In this document: positions 18,474 to 28,507 of the stretch, one piece after another | Layout of the letters: each line of letters begins with the position of its first letter | Position numbering within the stretch: the first letter of the stretch is position 1 | Source of the DNA: Candidatus Kaiserbacteria bacterium | GTDB lineage: Bacteria > Patescibacteriota > Minisyncoccia > Phycocordibacterales > UBA2100 | DNA: 64,000 bases | Assembly: GCA_016186765.1 (NCBI GenBank) | Contig: JACPLD010000001.1 | Coordinates: forward strand, 42,560 to 106,559 | Reading direction: 5' to 3' | Translations under genes and position numbers: made by a program | The notes under the pieces: model-generated | What the model saw: the letters and a program-made list of their open reading frames with translations, nothing else | What the model was told of the DNA's origin: nothing | Database searches by the model: none

Positions 18474-19682
18474 ATGGCTCAAAAGATGGTAAAAGCGCTC
18501 ACGTTTGATGCGAAAAAGGACGGGTGGGAGACAAGTAAGGGCTTTGTGATGCGCGAGGTTCCGATGCCGACCTTAGACGAAAAAAAGAATCCCGAAGACT
18601 CACTTGCTGTAATTCTCAAGATCAAATATGCGGGCGTGTGCGGGTCTGACAAAGGTTTGTGGTATCGCACGGCATTCCGCGACATGGTGCATGAGTCGCT
18701 TGCGCGCGAAAAAAAGACGCTTCGCATCAACGGTCACGAGTTTGTGGGCGAGATCGTGGAAGTGGGCTCGATAGTATCGCGCCTCTACTACGATCCCGAC
18801 GAGAACAACCCCGTGAAGATAGAGAAGGGAAGTCTGGTATCTGGCGACTCACACGTGACGTGCGGACGTTGCTATCAGTGCCGCATTGGGGAAGCTCATG
18901 TGTGTCTCAACGAAGCCATCCTTGGCATTTCTATCGATGGCATTTTTGCGGAGTACGTGAAGATCCCTGCAAAAAATCTCTGGGCAGTGGACGTGCGGCG
19001 TGTGCGGCCAGAGATCGCGGCGATCTACGATCCGTTCGGGAATGCCGTCCATGCGTGCACTGCGGTGGATTTCCGCGGACAGCGCGTCGCGATATTCGGC
19101 TGCGGCCCGATTGGCATGTTCGCGATACTTCTCGCAAGGAATTTTGGCGCAGCGAAAGTAATCGCTATCGATGTAAATCCTGCGAATCTAAAAATAGCTA
19201 AAGAATTGGGGGCGCATGAGACGATCGTGATTTCAAAAAAGAAAAAGCAGCATGAGTGGCAACAAGACAAGGAAGCCGTGAATCGCGTCATGGAGCTCAC
19301 CTATGGCAAGGGCGTCGATATTTCGATGGAGATGGCAGGGCCGCCTTCCTCTCTCAACAACTGCATCATTAGCACGCGGCGCGGAGGGCACGTCATCGCG
19401 TTTGGCATCAAAGATGGCGATATGACGATTTCGAATTTTTCCCGCACCGTCATTGTACGTGGGCTTACGCTTCACGGCATCATCGGCCGGCGCATCTTCG
19501 GCACGTGGCAGATCGCCCAGCGCGTTCTCTCCGACAAAACGAACGGCATTCAAGACACGATATGGAATATTATTCTAAAGTGCGGTAAAGGCACCATCCT
19601 CGACTTCAAAAAATTCACGCCCGAACGTTTCGAAAAGGCAATGAATGAACATCCCAAGGTTATTTTCAAAATCAACGGCTAG
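18474..19682 (+). CDS. tdh: Zinc-dependent L-threonine 3-dehydrogenase-like protein
   Basis: GVCGSD, GHEFVG, CGRCYQC..C, GCGPIG; directly upstream of kbl. Confidence 0.82.
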   Translation: MAQKMVKALTFDAKKDGWETSKGFVMREVPMPTLDEKKNPEDSLAVILKIKYAGVCGSDKGLWYRTAFRDMVHESLAREKKTLRINGHEFVGEIVEVGSIVSRLYYDPDENNPVKIEKGSLVSGDSHVTCGRCYQCRIGEAHVCLNEAILGISIDGIFAEYVKIPAKNLWAVDVRRVRPEIAAIYDPFGNAVHACTAVDFRGQRVAIFGCGPIGMFAILLARNFGAAKVIAIDVNPANLKIAKELGAHETIVISKKKKQHEWQQDKEAVNRVMELTYGKGVDISMEMAGPPSSLNNCIISTRRGGHVIAFGIKDGDMTISNFSRTVIVRGLTLHGIIGRRIFGTWQIAQRVLSDKTNGIQDTIWNIILKCGKGTILDFKKFTPERFEKAMNEHPKVIFKING

Positions 19683-19685
19683 GGT

Positions 19686-20870
19686 ATGTACAAGAGTTTG
19701 CAGCCCATCCTAGAAAGTGAGCTCGACGCGGCGAAGAAGGATGGGACATACAAAGAGGAACGGGTTTTGGAATCACCGCAGGGGCGGGAAATCACCGTGC
19801 AAGGGAAGAAGGTTCTCAATTTTTGCGCGAACAATTACCTCGGACTTTCCGGGACGGACATAATGGAAAAAGCATCGGAAGAGGCGGTCAAAAAGTGGGG
19901 GTACGGCCTTGCATCAGTGCGATTCATCTGCGGCACGCAGACAGTGCATAAGGACCTTGAGCGCGCTGTCGCAGAGCTCGTGGGAACAGAAGATGCCGTC
20001 TTATATTCTTCGTGCTTCATGGCCAACGTCGGCCTCTTCCAGACGTTCTTCGGCGAACAGGATGCAATTATCAGCGATGAATTGAACCATGCTTCCATCA
20101 TCGACGCGATCCGGCTCTCGAAAGCGGAGCTGCATGTCTTCAAGCACATGGATATGGCGGACTTAGAGCAGAAGCTCCAAGAAACAAGAAACAAGAGACT
20201 CAAGGTCATTGCGACAGATGGCGTCTTCAGCATGGACGGCGATATTGCGCCGCTAAAAGAGATTTGCGATTTGGCGGAGAAATATAATGCGCTCGTGATG
20301 GTAGATGACGCGCATGCCGTCGGCGTGATGGGGGAAAATGGCAGTGGAACGCCAGAACATTGCGATGTAATCGGGCGCGTTGATTTCATTACGGGAACAT
20401 TCGGGAAAGCACTCGGCGGTGCGGGAGGTGCGTTTACCGCGACACACAAGGAGGCGGCGGATTATCTGCGCAATCGCTCACGCACCTACCTCTTCTCGAA
20501 TTCGCTTGATACGGCGGTGACAGGAGCGTCGCTCTGGCTCATCGGCTACCTCAAATCACATCCCGAATACCGTGAACGGCTTTGGGAAAATACGCGGCTC
20601 TTTCGCGAGCTGATGAAAAAGAACGGGTTTACGGTTTCTGATGCGCAGCACCCCATAACGCCGATAATGCTCGGCGATGAGAAGAAGGCGGTGGACATGG
20701 CGAAAGCCTTGTTCGACGAAGGTATTTATGTGATTGGCTTTGCGTACCCTGTCGTGCCGAAAGGCAAAGCGCGCATCCGCGTTCAGGTCTCCGCCGCGCA
20801 CACGAAGGCAGATATAGAAAAGGCTGTCGAAAAATTTGCTTTCGTGGGCAGGAAGTTTAGAGTCGTGTAG
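19686..20870 (+). CDS. kbl: Glycine C-acetyltransferase (2-amino-3-ketobutyrate CoA ligase)
   Basis: NFCANNYLGL, SVRFICGTQ, TGTFGKALGG, PVVPKGKARIRVQ. Confidence 0.95.
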   Translation: MYKSLQPILESELDAAKKDGTYKEERVLESPQGREITVQGKKVLNFCANNYLGLSGTDIMEKASEEAVKKWGYGLASVRFICGTQTVHKDLERAVAELVGTEDAVLYSSCFMANVGLFQTFFGEQDAIISDELNHASIIDAIRLSKAELHVFKHMDMADLEQKLQETRNKRLKVIATDGVFSMDGDIAPLKEICDLAEKYNALVMVDDAHAVGVMGENGSGTPEHCDVIGRVDFITGTFGKALGGAGGAFTATHKEAADYLRNRSRTYLFSNSLDTAVTGASLWLIGYLKSHPEYRERLWENTRLFRELMKKNGFTVSDAQHPITPIMLGDEKKAVDMAKALFDEGIYVIGFAYPVVPKGKARIRVQVSAAHTKADIEKAVEKFAFVGRKFRVV

Positions 20871-20956
20871 CATCACATTGACAGCGTGTACCGTTCGCAA
20901 TACAAAGGTCACAGGCTGCTCACAGCCTCGTTGATGTTCCAAGAAGGAGTCACGCG

Positions 20957-21283
20957 ATGAGAAGGCCATGCCTGCCCATTAAGAAAGGGGATACGGGACC
21001 TCACATTCAAGTGCTTCAGGGACTCCTCCTCGCGCTTGGATGCACTGTCCCACCGATCTTGCGAGGGAGGTTTGCAGTAAACACCGAAGATGGCGTTAAG
21101 GAGCTGCAAGGGATGCTTGGGTTGGAGCCTACAGGAATATTTGACGACGAGCTTCACCGTGCCTTGGAGGAGCGCGGGATCAACTATTCAAGAATGGTCG
21201 AGTTCGCTCGGATTCGTGCTCCGTACTACGTCGGCGTCTTGCCGGTAGACATCGCGGAGCCCAACTCAAGAAACGTGAAATGA
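20957..21283 (+). CDS. Small peptidoglycan-binding-domain protein
   Basis: IKKGDTGPHIQVLQGLL...TEDGVKELQGMLGLEPTGIFD matches the PG_binding_1 pattern; AAGGAG upstream. Confidence 0.75.
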   Translation: MRRPCLPIKKGDTGPHIQVLQGLLLALGCTVPPILRGRFAVNTEDGVKELQGMLGLEPTGIFDDELHRALEERGINYSRMVEFARIRAPYYVGVLPVDIAEPNSRNVK

Positions 21284-21290
21284 CGAATAA

Positions 21291-21321
21291 GCCGCGGGCG
21301 AGCATCATGCTTGCCCGCGGC
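21291..21321. terminator. Strong hairpin between convergent genes
   Basis: GCCGCGGGCGAGCAT-C-ATGCTTGCCCGCGGC. Confidence 0.65.
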
Positions 21322-21430
21322 AAAAATTTTAATACGGACGCTGTTTTTTCAGATCATCCGAATACTTTCCTTGAGTAGCCAACGAGTTCATTTTTGAACG
21401 AAAGAGGAGGACAGGAAGGATGGTGACAGA

Positions 21431-21700
21431 TTATTTATATGCGCTGCCGCGGTAGTCTATGGTGTCGACGAATACGTCTCGTGCATGAAAGTTTATCGAA
21501 AAGATAATGCGGATCTTGCCCTTTCGGATACGGTAGAAACCTTTCCATTTCCCAGAAAGTCTCTTGATATCGATTGCGATGTTCTCTCCCGACAGTTTCC
21601 TGGCAGCGCGGCTCAACGGTTCGACAACAAAATTTTCAGACAGATGTTGCTTATCGAGAAACCGTTGCGCCTGGTCTGATAGTCCAATCTGCCAGTCCAC
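21431..21700 (-). CDS. RelE/ParE family toxin
   Basis: IKRLSGKWKGFYRIRKGKIRIIF...IDYRGSAYK; GTG start inferred just after the partner's stop. Confidence 0.88.
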   Translation of the reverse strand: MDWQIGLSDQAQRFLDKQHLSENFVVEPLSRAARKLSGENIAIDIKRLSGKWKGFYRIRKGKIRIIFSINFHARDVFVDTIDYRGSAYK

Positions 21701-21707
21701 AGAAGTG

Positions 21708-21899
21708 TTAGAATCGTGCACGGATCGTCTGTACGACCCTCCGAGACGGCTTTTTGTACGCTTTTTCAATAGCTCGCTGTTCTTTTGTGGATACGAGTGG
21801 CAACAGAGATGCACGAATGCGCATCATTTCGGCCTCTACGGCCTCTTGCACACTTTTACGAGCTAGTCTCTTTATTTCACTTTTTAGTGCAGTGGTCAT
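21708..21899 (-). CDS. Putative antitoxin
   Basis: 63-aa ORF immediately upstream of the RelE-like gene. Confidence 0.7.
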   Translation of the reverse strand: MTTALKSEIKRLARKSVQEAVEAEMMRIRASLLPLVSTKEQRAIEKAYKKPSRRVVQTIRARF

Positions 21900-22044
21900 G
21901 CAGTAAGCATATCATAAGTTCAAAAGTTCACCGAAGTCGGCAAGAAGTTTGGGGTTGTCTAGTTGTATTCCGAAAGGATAATCGAGCATCGGGTGTTCAC
22001 AATCGCGCATTGTAGCCTCCCGCGATGCGGGTGATACTGCGGTG

Positions 22045-23100
22045 ATGAGGTGGTCGTCAAAGAACCTCTTGGTTGGCGCGATGCTAGCCGGGTCTCTACT
22101 GTTTGCTTCTTCGCTTGCTTCAGCGCAGGAAACGACCAAGGCAAAAACAAAAACACTACAACTGCAGCCGATTCCTTGCACACCCGGGAAAGGTCCGCGA
22201 GCTGGCGTCTCACCGATGATGGTTTGTGCCAGGGGCGTATCCATCAAAGAGGTGGGAAAGGACGTAAAGACAAATAGCGTTGTGCGAATCGAGACTGACG
22301 GACAGATTGAAGTGTGCAGTGATCCGGTCGCTCTAGACCTGAACTGTAAGCCAAAACACAATGGAAAAATCGCACTCTGTGGGCTTTCTCTGGACGGGAC
22401 GTGCAGCATATTCGAAAAAGACGAAGATACGTCAGTGAATTTCGAGGCACTCGCAAAGGCTGCCGCAGACCCCGAGGCTGTCAAGGATTTCGTCGTAGAC
22501 GCCAAGGCGGCTGCTCTTGCAGAGCGGATGCGTTACGAACTCGCGCGGGGTTCCGGGAATGGTGCGACGAGCGCTTCATTCGACGATCCATGGGGAGTAC
22601 TGGAGAGTATGGAAGGGGAGATTCAGAATGCCGGGCGACGGATTGTGACGCTTCCAGCTGATCGGATTTCCGATCTTATCCACGGTAACGACCTATCTTC
22701 TGCTGCGCGAAAGCTGGTCGAAGCATCTGGGCAAGGAGGGGTACCCCTGCCTCTCAATCCAGTCCTGGAAGCAGCCCCTCCCGTACGTTATGCTTCCGAA
22801 CCCCTCGCGGAGTATTTCACTGATAGCGGTTCAGCTATTACATTGTATCAATCTCCGACAATCCTGAACAAGGATTTCCTGCGTGATGTGCCACTGCCTC
22901 CTTCTGAGGGAGCACTGTATCCACCATTGCCACGGAATTACGGGGATTCTACCTTTGTTCCGCCCCTGGTGCCTACAGTGCCAATCGTGCCTGCAGTTCG
23001 CTCGCCTGAGTTCATACAGATTGCACAAAAACCGAGCTGGAAATGGCCTCAGCCGCTGTTGGACATGGCAACAAAGGTAAAAGCCCTGCTACGAATTTGA
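22045..23100 (+). CDS. Hypothetical exported protein
   Basis: Signal peptide (..ASA/QE), Cys-containing N-domain, Pro-rich C-terminus. Confidence 0.65.
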   Translation: MRWSSKNLLVGAMLAGSLLFASSLASAQETTKAKTKTLQLQPIPCTPGKGPRAGVSPMMVCARGVSIKEVGKDVKTNSVVRIETDGQIEVCSDPVALDLNCKPKHNGKIALCGLSLDGTCSIFEKDEDTSVNFEALAKAAADPEAVKDFVVDAKAAALAERMRYELARGSGNGATSASFDDPWGVLESMEGEIQNAGRRIVTLPADRISDLIHGNDLSSAARKLVEASGQGGVPLPLNPVLEAAPPVRYASEPLAEYFTDSGSAITLYQSPTILNKDFLRDVPLPPSEGALYPPLPRNYGDSTFVPPLVPTVPIVPAVRSPEFIQIAQKPSWKWPQPLLDMATKVKALLRI

Positions 23101-23117
23101 GATGTCCAGAGTAGACC

Positions 23118-24146
23118 TTAGTACGGACGGTCTTTTTCCATTTCATCGGAGTACTTGCCTTGCGTGGCAAGCGCATTCATCTTGGAGCGGAAAAGGAGGG
23201 TGTCTTGAGCGGCTTTCACATTAGCTGCGGGATTCTCGGCCCACTTTTTGAGCACAGGATTCTGAATGGCACGAGAGTAGGAGAAGGAGAGAGGCCACGG
23301 TTGCTTACCGGATTGATTCATTTTGTTGAGGTGCGCAGTCGCCTGCTCGTCGCCTTGTCCTCCCGAGAGGAAGACGACACCGGCGAGATTTTTTGGTACG
23401 GTCGCGTTTAAGACGCGTAGCGTTGCCTCGGCAACTTCTTCCACAGAGGATTGCTTCGGAGACTTTTTACCGGCAATGACCATGCTTGCTTTCAAAATCG
23501 TCCCTTCGGGAGCAACGCCTTCCCGGTTAAGCTCCTCAAAGACTTCCTCGAGCGTCGTTTCGGTGACCTCGTAACAGCGTTCGATAGTATGGTCACCATC
23601 GATAAGCACCTCCGGCTCAACTATTGGAACAATATCTGTTTCTTGGCAAAGCGCTGCGTAGCGAGCCAAGGCGTGGGCGTTTGCAAAGATGCATGCCTCG
23701 GACGGAATATTTTCGCCGATGGTGATGACGGCACGCCACTTTGCGAATTTTGCACCGAAGCCCTTGTATTCCGCGAGCCGCTCACGAAGCCCATCCAAAC
23801 CCTCGGTGACCTTTTCGTCAGGATGGAGCGCGAGATCCTTTGCACCTGCGTCTACCTTTATCCCCGGGAGAATTCCCTTCTTCGAGAGAATCTCCGATAC
23901 AGCAGTTCCATCACTTCCTTTCTGACGGATGGTTTCGTCATAGAGAATGACACCGCTGACGAATTGTTCAAGACTGGGAGTTTCGAACATCATCGTCCGG
24001 TACAAGCGTCGATTCTCTTCAGTGCACTCCACTCCGACGGCGTCGAACCGCTTCTTGCAGGTGCCTGAGCTCTCATCCGCGGCAATAATTCCTTTCCCGG
24101 GAGCAACCATCTGTTTCGCAATTTTTTTCAAAACATCGAGATTCAT
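23118..24146 (-). CDS. Class I fructose-bisphosphate aldolase
   Basis: GIIAADES, GIKVD, FAKWR, VPIVEPEV, FLSGGQ, SFSYSRA. Confidence 0.96.
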   Translation of the reverse strand: MNLDVLKKIAKQMVAPGKGIIAADESSGTCKKRFDAVGVECTEENRRLYRTMMFETPSLEQFVSGVILYDETIRQKGSDGTAVSEILSKKGILPGIKVDAGAKDLALHPDEKVTEGLDGLRERLAEYKGFGAKFAKWRAVITIGENIPSEACIFANAHALARYAALCQETDIVPIVEPEVLIDGDHTIERCYEVTETTLEEVFEELNREGVAPEGTILKASMVIAGKKSPKQSSVEEVAEATLRVLNATVPKNLAGVVFLSGGQGDEQATAHLNKMNQSGKQPWPLSFSYSRAIQNPVLKKWAENPAANVKAAQDTLLFRSKMNALATQGKYSDEMEKDRPY

Positions 24147-24152
24147 AATTCC

Positions 24153-24183
24153 CTAGTGGCTAGTGGCTAATTCCTAATGACTA
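24153..24183. repeat. 7-bp-period array (CTAGTGG family)
   Basis: CTAGTGG CTAGTGG CTAATTC CTAATGA CTA between glpX and the aldolase gene. Confidence 0.8.
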
Positions 24184-25143
24184 TGTACCGATGTGCCGCG
24201 TATTAATATACCGTATTGTCCTCGGATTCGAGGTCATCACGACCGAATGCGTATTTGTGTATGCCGCGCCGATCGTGACGCCTTTCACGAGAGGACCGGT
24301 CATGACCCCTGTGGCTGTGAAGCTCAAATCCTCGCCTTTCGCGAGGTCGTGCGAGCGAAACACCGTTGAAAAATCGACGATCCCGGCAGAGTTCAGCCGC
24401 GCGACGTGCTTCTCATCTTTCGGCTTCCAGCGGCAGAGTATCTCGCCGCCGAGGCACCGGAGCGCGGCTGCGCTGATAACGGCCTCAGCGCTTCCGCCGA
24501 TGCCCATAAGTATATCTACCGCCGAGCTTCCCTTGCATGTCGCGATCGCCATGGCAATATCGCCATCGGTAAAAAGCTGCACGCGCGCGCCTGTCGCGCG
24601 GACTTCGGCAATGAGAGCCTCGTGACGCGGTCGCTCGAGAATCGCCACCGTAATCTCCGAAATTTCCTTGCCGAGTGCTGAAGCTACCTTCCGCACGTTC
24701 TCTGAGGGCGTGAAATCAATGTCGATGACGGATGCTGCGCCGGGACCCACTGCAATCTTTTCCATGTATGAATCCGCAGCGCGGTATAGCGAGCCCTCGG
24801 GGCCTGTTGCGATGACCGAAATAGCATTTGTGCGCCCATACGCAACGGAGTTGGTACACTCGAGGGGATCAACCGCGATGTCAAAACGCGCTCCCGCGCC
24901 GCGACCAAGTTTCTCGCCAATGTAGAGCTCAGCGGCCTCGTCTTTGGCTCCTTCACCAATGACGATCTCGCCCCGAAAATCGATGGTGTTGAAGTACTCG
25001 CGCATCGCGTCCACCGCCGCCTGGTCGGCGGCCTTGCCGTCGCCTTTGCCGATCCATCGCGACGCCGCGATGGCGCCGACTTCTGTTACGCGCACGAACT
25101 CAAGTGCGACGTTTGCAAACACCGAGCCATTTTTTTCCGCCAT
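24181..25143 (-). CDS. glpX: Class II fructose-1,6-bisphosphatase
   Basis: RVTE, ADQAAVDAMR, VIGEG, DIAVDPLE, YMEK, RPRH, DGD. Confidence 0.95.
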   Translation of the reverse strand: MAEKNGSVFANVALEFVRVTEVGAIAASRWIGKGDGKAADQAAVDAMREYFNTIDFRGEIVIGEGAKDEAAELYIGEKLGRGAGARFDIAVDPLECTNSVAYGRTNAISVIATGPEGSLYRAADSYMEKIAVGPGAASVIDIDFTPSENVRKVASALGKEISEITVAILERPRHEALIAEVRATGARVQLFTDGDIAMAIATCKGSSAVDILMGIGGSAEAVISAAALRCLGGEILCRWKPKDEKHVARLNSAGIVDFSTVFRSHDLAKGEDLSFTATGVMTGPLVKGVTIGAAYTNTHSVVMTSNPRTIRYINTRHIGT

Positions 25144-25206
25144 GGGTTCGACACATTATACACGTTTGCTCGAGCGTGTAAGGTAGGCGCAAACAGTCGT
25201 ATGCTA

Positions 25207-25234
25207 TTGACAACGTCTTGAGTGCACGTATGAT
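25207..25234 (+). promoter_or_regulatory. Sigma70-type promoter of the RRM gene
   Basis: TTGACA, 16 bp, TATGAT about 100 nt before the start codon. Confidence 0.6.
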
Positions 25235-25336
25235 TCGCGGCGAATGTATGGTTCCAGTGCGCTGAGGGTTGTATAGACCGCAAGTGGCAGGGAAAGGGCG
25301 ATATACATCATTAGAGGAATACAACCCAACAATACA

Positions 25337-25645
25337 ATGGCTAAGAAGCTTTATGTCGGTGGTTTGCCCTACAGCACTACCGATGAAGAGTTGCGCGACG
25401 CGTTTGCGCAGGCCGGAGCTGTTTCGAGCGCCGTCGTCATCATGGACAAAATGAGTGGTCGTTCGAAGGGTTTCGGTTTCGTCGAATTTGCCAACGATGA
25501 CGACGCTACAAAGGCGATCGACATGTGGAACGGCAAAGATTTCGGCGGCCGGACCTTGACCGTGAACGAAGCTCGTCCGATGGAGCCCCGCCGCGATTCC
25601 CGCGGAGGTGGCGGCTACGGCGGTGGCAGGGGCGGCAGATGGTAA
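25337..25645 (+). CDS. RRM RNA-binding protein with Gly-rich tail
   Basis: KLYVGGL (RNP2), KGFGFVEF (RNP1), RGGGGYGGGRGG. Confidence 0.95.
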   Translation: MAKKLYVGGLPYSTTDEELRDAFAQAGAVSSAVVIMDKMSGRSKGFGFVEFANDDDATKAIDMWNGKDFGGRTLTVNEARPMEPRRDSRGGGGYGGGRGGRW

Positions 25646-25748
25646 AGACAGTGTCTTTTCGGCGCCTCGGCTCGGAAATGCATGAGCAAGACTCCTGCAT
25701 TTCCCTCGCTCTACGTTGCCGATAACAATTTGCGTCAGCGCGAATTTG

Positions 25749-25784
25749 GCAATGGCCGCGTCTCAAGACGCGGCCATTGCTTTT
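25749..25784 (+). terminator. Intrinsic terminator
   Basis: GCAATGGCCGCGTCT-CA-AGACGCGGCCATTGC-TTTT. Confidence 0.8.
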
Positions 25785-25848
25785 GTGTCGCTTTCGGCAG
25801 GCAGGCTATCCACACGGCGTGAGCGAATAAAGCTGTTCGTCGTCCATA

Positions 25849-26232
25849 ATGGTGCGTATGGGTTTGCGCGTTGTGCCACTTCTCGGCTGGGGTATTGCGA
25901 TATACGCGGTGATGTTTCTGCTCGCATCCATATTTGCAACGTATAATTTTCAAGGAGTAACGATGCGATTAGTTAGCCTTGCTGTACTTCTCACAACAGG
26001 AATCATCGCCGGCCACTCGCTCCCTGTGCATTCGTGGCGGGATATCCTCCCGTATTCGCTCTCGTGGGCTATCATTGCAGCAGTCATCGATGGGGTCATG
26101 CTCCTGCCACTTACCGGCTGGCAGGTGTATGCGAATTGGAGCGTGTGGCTCGGGTACGCGCTTGTTGTGATCGCGCCTCTGCTTGCGCACTATCCACGAT
26201 TCAACAGATTCAGCCTATCCCCCGGCGTGTGA
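25849..26232 (+). CDS. Hypothetical 4-TM membrane protein
   Basis: Four hydrophobic segments; exact start uncertain. Confidence 0.7.
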   Translation: MVRMGLRVVPLLGWGIAIYAVMFLLASIFATYNFQGVTMRLVSLAVLLTTGIIAGHSLPVHSWRDILPYSLSWAIIAAVIDGVMLLPLTGWQVYANWSVWLGYALVVIAPLLAHYPRFNRFSLSPGV

Positions 26233-26278
26233 ACCCCGTTGGAAAATCACGAACGCGTATTTCTTCTGTCATGCCTCT

Positions 26279-27472
26279 ATGAGCCTTTCTAACGGGGTGA
26301 ACGAATCAGCACTCCACGCGCACCGCTTTCTGCTTCGCACCGGGCTCTCGCTCGTACATGCATTTGCCTGGGTATTTATCTTTGAGTACTTTTACCTGCT
26401 TTCGACAAGCGTAGCGCGCGCGCTAGAGAGTGTAGTGCTTCTCTACGCCTTTGCACAATTTATAACGATCGTCACAACGCCAGTTTCAGCCGCCCATCTC
26501 GCAAAGGGGACGCGACGTTCTCTCGTCGTGGGCGCGCTCACTGCCGCATGCGCGTTCGTTGTGCTCGGTGCTTCATTCAGCGGGTTCTTCAATTCACCAG
26601 CGCTGTGGGGTCTCGCCCTCTTCGCAACACTGCTTGGCCTCTATCGAGCGCTCTACTTTGTACCGTACAAGCTCGTAAGTGCAGGGCCGAGCACTATCGC
26701 GCATGCACACACCTATTTCGAAGTGCTGCTCGCGCTCATGCCGCTCTTCGCCGGCCTCACCCTTGTTGGCACGCAATCTGCGCCAGCGCGGCTTCTATTC
26801 GGAGCAGGAGCAATCATCGTGCTTGCCTCGGTCATTGCGTATTTGATCCCCGACACGCGTGAGCGATTTTCATGGCCATACATATACACGTTCAAGCAGC
26901 TTTTTAGAAAGAAGAATCAGGAGCTCGTCTTGCAGTCGCTCTTAGAAGGTATGCAAGGCGCGGCGCTCTTTCTCATCTGGCCGCTCGCCATCTTTCTCAT
27001 CGTCGAGTGGTCATATGTCATGCTGGGAGTAGTCTTTAGCGTGACGCTGCTTGCGATCTTGCTCATGCGACGCTTCTATCTTTGGTTTTCTCATCGGATT
27101 AGTGTCCACGATTCACCGATCGTACACACGGTCGTTGCTGTTTCTGGATGGATCGCGAGACTTGCTGCGGGAACGCCAGTTGGCATCATCATCGCAGACG
27201 TGTACTCGTACTCAACGCTTCCCGAGCGCGGTACTCGCGTTGATCCGACGACCTTTGAGCACGTAAGCGACAGGGGTGCGTTTCTCGACGAATACACGGC
27301 ACTCAAAGAAATCGGACTCGCACTCGGACGAATCATGCTCTGCGTGCTCGTGTTCTTCCTTGCATTCGCATTTGTGCTTCCGGTCGTCCTTGCAATTGCG
27401 CTCTCGATTGCGGCCGTTGCCTCCGGGATCTCGGTCTTGGTTGCGCGACGCGGTCTTGCTCCTGCATACTAG
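26279..27472 (+). CDS. MFS-like membrane protein
   Basis: About 11-12 hydrophobic helices in two halves; start uncertain. Confidence 0.7.
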   Translation: MSLSNGVNESALHAHRFLLRTGLSLVHAFAWVFIFEYFYLLSTSVARALESVVLLYAFAQFITIVTTPVSAAHLAKGTRRSLVVGALTAACAFVVLGASFSGFFNSPALWGLALFATLLGLYRALYFVPYKLVSAGPSTIAHAHTYFEVLLALMPLFAGLTLVGTQSAPARLLFGAGAIIVLASVIAYLIPDTRERFSWPYIYTFKQLFRKKNQELVLQSLLEGMQGAALFLIWPLAIFLIVEWSYVMLGVVFSVTLLAILLMRRFYLWFSHRISVHDSPIVHTVVAVSGWIARLAAGTPVGIIIADVYSYSTLPERGTRVDPTTFEHVSDRGAFLDEYTALKEIGLALGRIMLCVLVFFLAFAFVLPVVLAIALSIAAVASGISVLVARRGLAPAY

Positions 27473-27478
27473 CGGGCG

Positions 27479-28018
27479 ATGGCTCGCGTACTCCGCAGGA
27501 ACTTTTTTGAGCGGCGGCCGCAAACTGTCGCCCGTGAGCTTCTTGGTAAGTTCCTCGTCCGCAGGGTGGGCGGCAAGACGCGCGCGTACGTGATTACGGA
27601 AACGGAAGCCTACGATGGGACGCATGATCTCGCATGCCATGCCTCGAAGGGGCGAACCAGGCGCACGGAGGTCATGTTCGGCCCTGCGGGCTACTGGTAC
27701 GTTTATTTCGTCTACGGCATGTACGACATGCTCAACATCGTGACCGGACTGAAAGGCTACCCGTCGGCGGTTCTCATCCGCGCGTGTCAAGGTAAGACCT
27801 TGACATTGGATGGGCCGGGAAAGCTTACGCGCGAGCTTGGCATTACGCACATGATGAACGGAAAACCGGCTGTGAAATCATCAGGATTGTGGGTTGAAGA
27901 TCGTGGAGTTGAGATCAAGCTGGGAGATATAAAACGAACTCCCCGAATAGGTGTTGCCTACGCGGGGAGTTATGCCGACAAACTATGGAGGTTCGTTCTT
28001 CACAAGAGGAGAAATTGA
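27479..28018 (+). CDS. mpg: 3-methyladenine DNA glycosylase (MPG/AAG family)
   Basis: ARELLGK, ITETEAY, YVYFVYGM, AVLIRA, GPGKL, PRIGV. Confidence 0.95.
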   Translation: MARVLRRNFFERRPQTVARELLGKFLVRRVGGKTRAYVITETEAYDGTHDLACHASKGRTRRTEVMFGPAGYWYVYFVYGMYDMLNIVTGLKGYPSAVLIRACQGKTLTLDGPGKLTRELGITHMMNGKPAVKSSGLWVEDRGVEIKLGDIKRTPRIGVAYAGSYADKLWRFVLHKRRN

Positions 28019-28410
28019 CCCTTATGCTTCGGATCCTCCGGATGCTCCGTCGGCTTCGGCTTCGGCGGTACTTCACGACCTGCCGCTCGCTTGCGTGCGT
28101 CCGCGCCGCGCTTCTGTACACTGCGGTCGCTCAGGATTTTCATGACGGCACCTTTATACGCTTCAATCTTGGGTGCGCGTTCCTTGTCCTTGAGCGGAAT
28201 TGCTTCACGGACCACAGTCGCCGCAAGGAAGGGGAGAATCGTTTTCGGACTTCGACGCTCCAGCGTCGTGTTGACGAGAACACGAAGCATGTCTCGATCG
28301 ACATCCTTCGCATATTCCTTTCTTGCATACGCAACACCTACGTCAAGCTCGTAATCGCTTACGGGCTCGAAGCCAACCTCCTCTGTTTCGAGGACAGGTC
28401 TCTGGGCCAT
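28000..28410 (-). CDS. Hypothetical protein
   Basis: 136-aa ORF with AAGGAG upstream; no recognisable motif. Confidence 0.55.
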   Translation of the reverse strand: MAQRPVLETEEVGFEPVSDYELDVGVAYARKEYAKDVDRDMLRVLVNTTLERRSPKTILPFLAATVVREAIPLKDKERAPKIEAYKGAVMKILSDRSVQKRGADARKRAAGREVPPKPKPTEHPEDPKHKGQFLLL

Positions 28411-28507
28411 TTGACACTCCTTGGATTCGAGTTGTCGGAAACACCGTACTACGCTCCCAGTATTTTGCCATCAAAATAGTCTCTTGTAAAGTTACGTTTA
28501 TTTAGCT

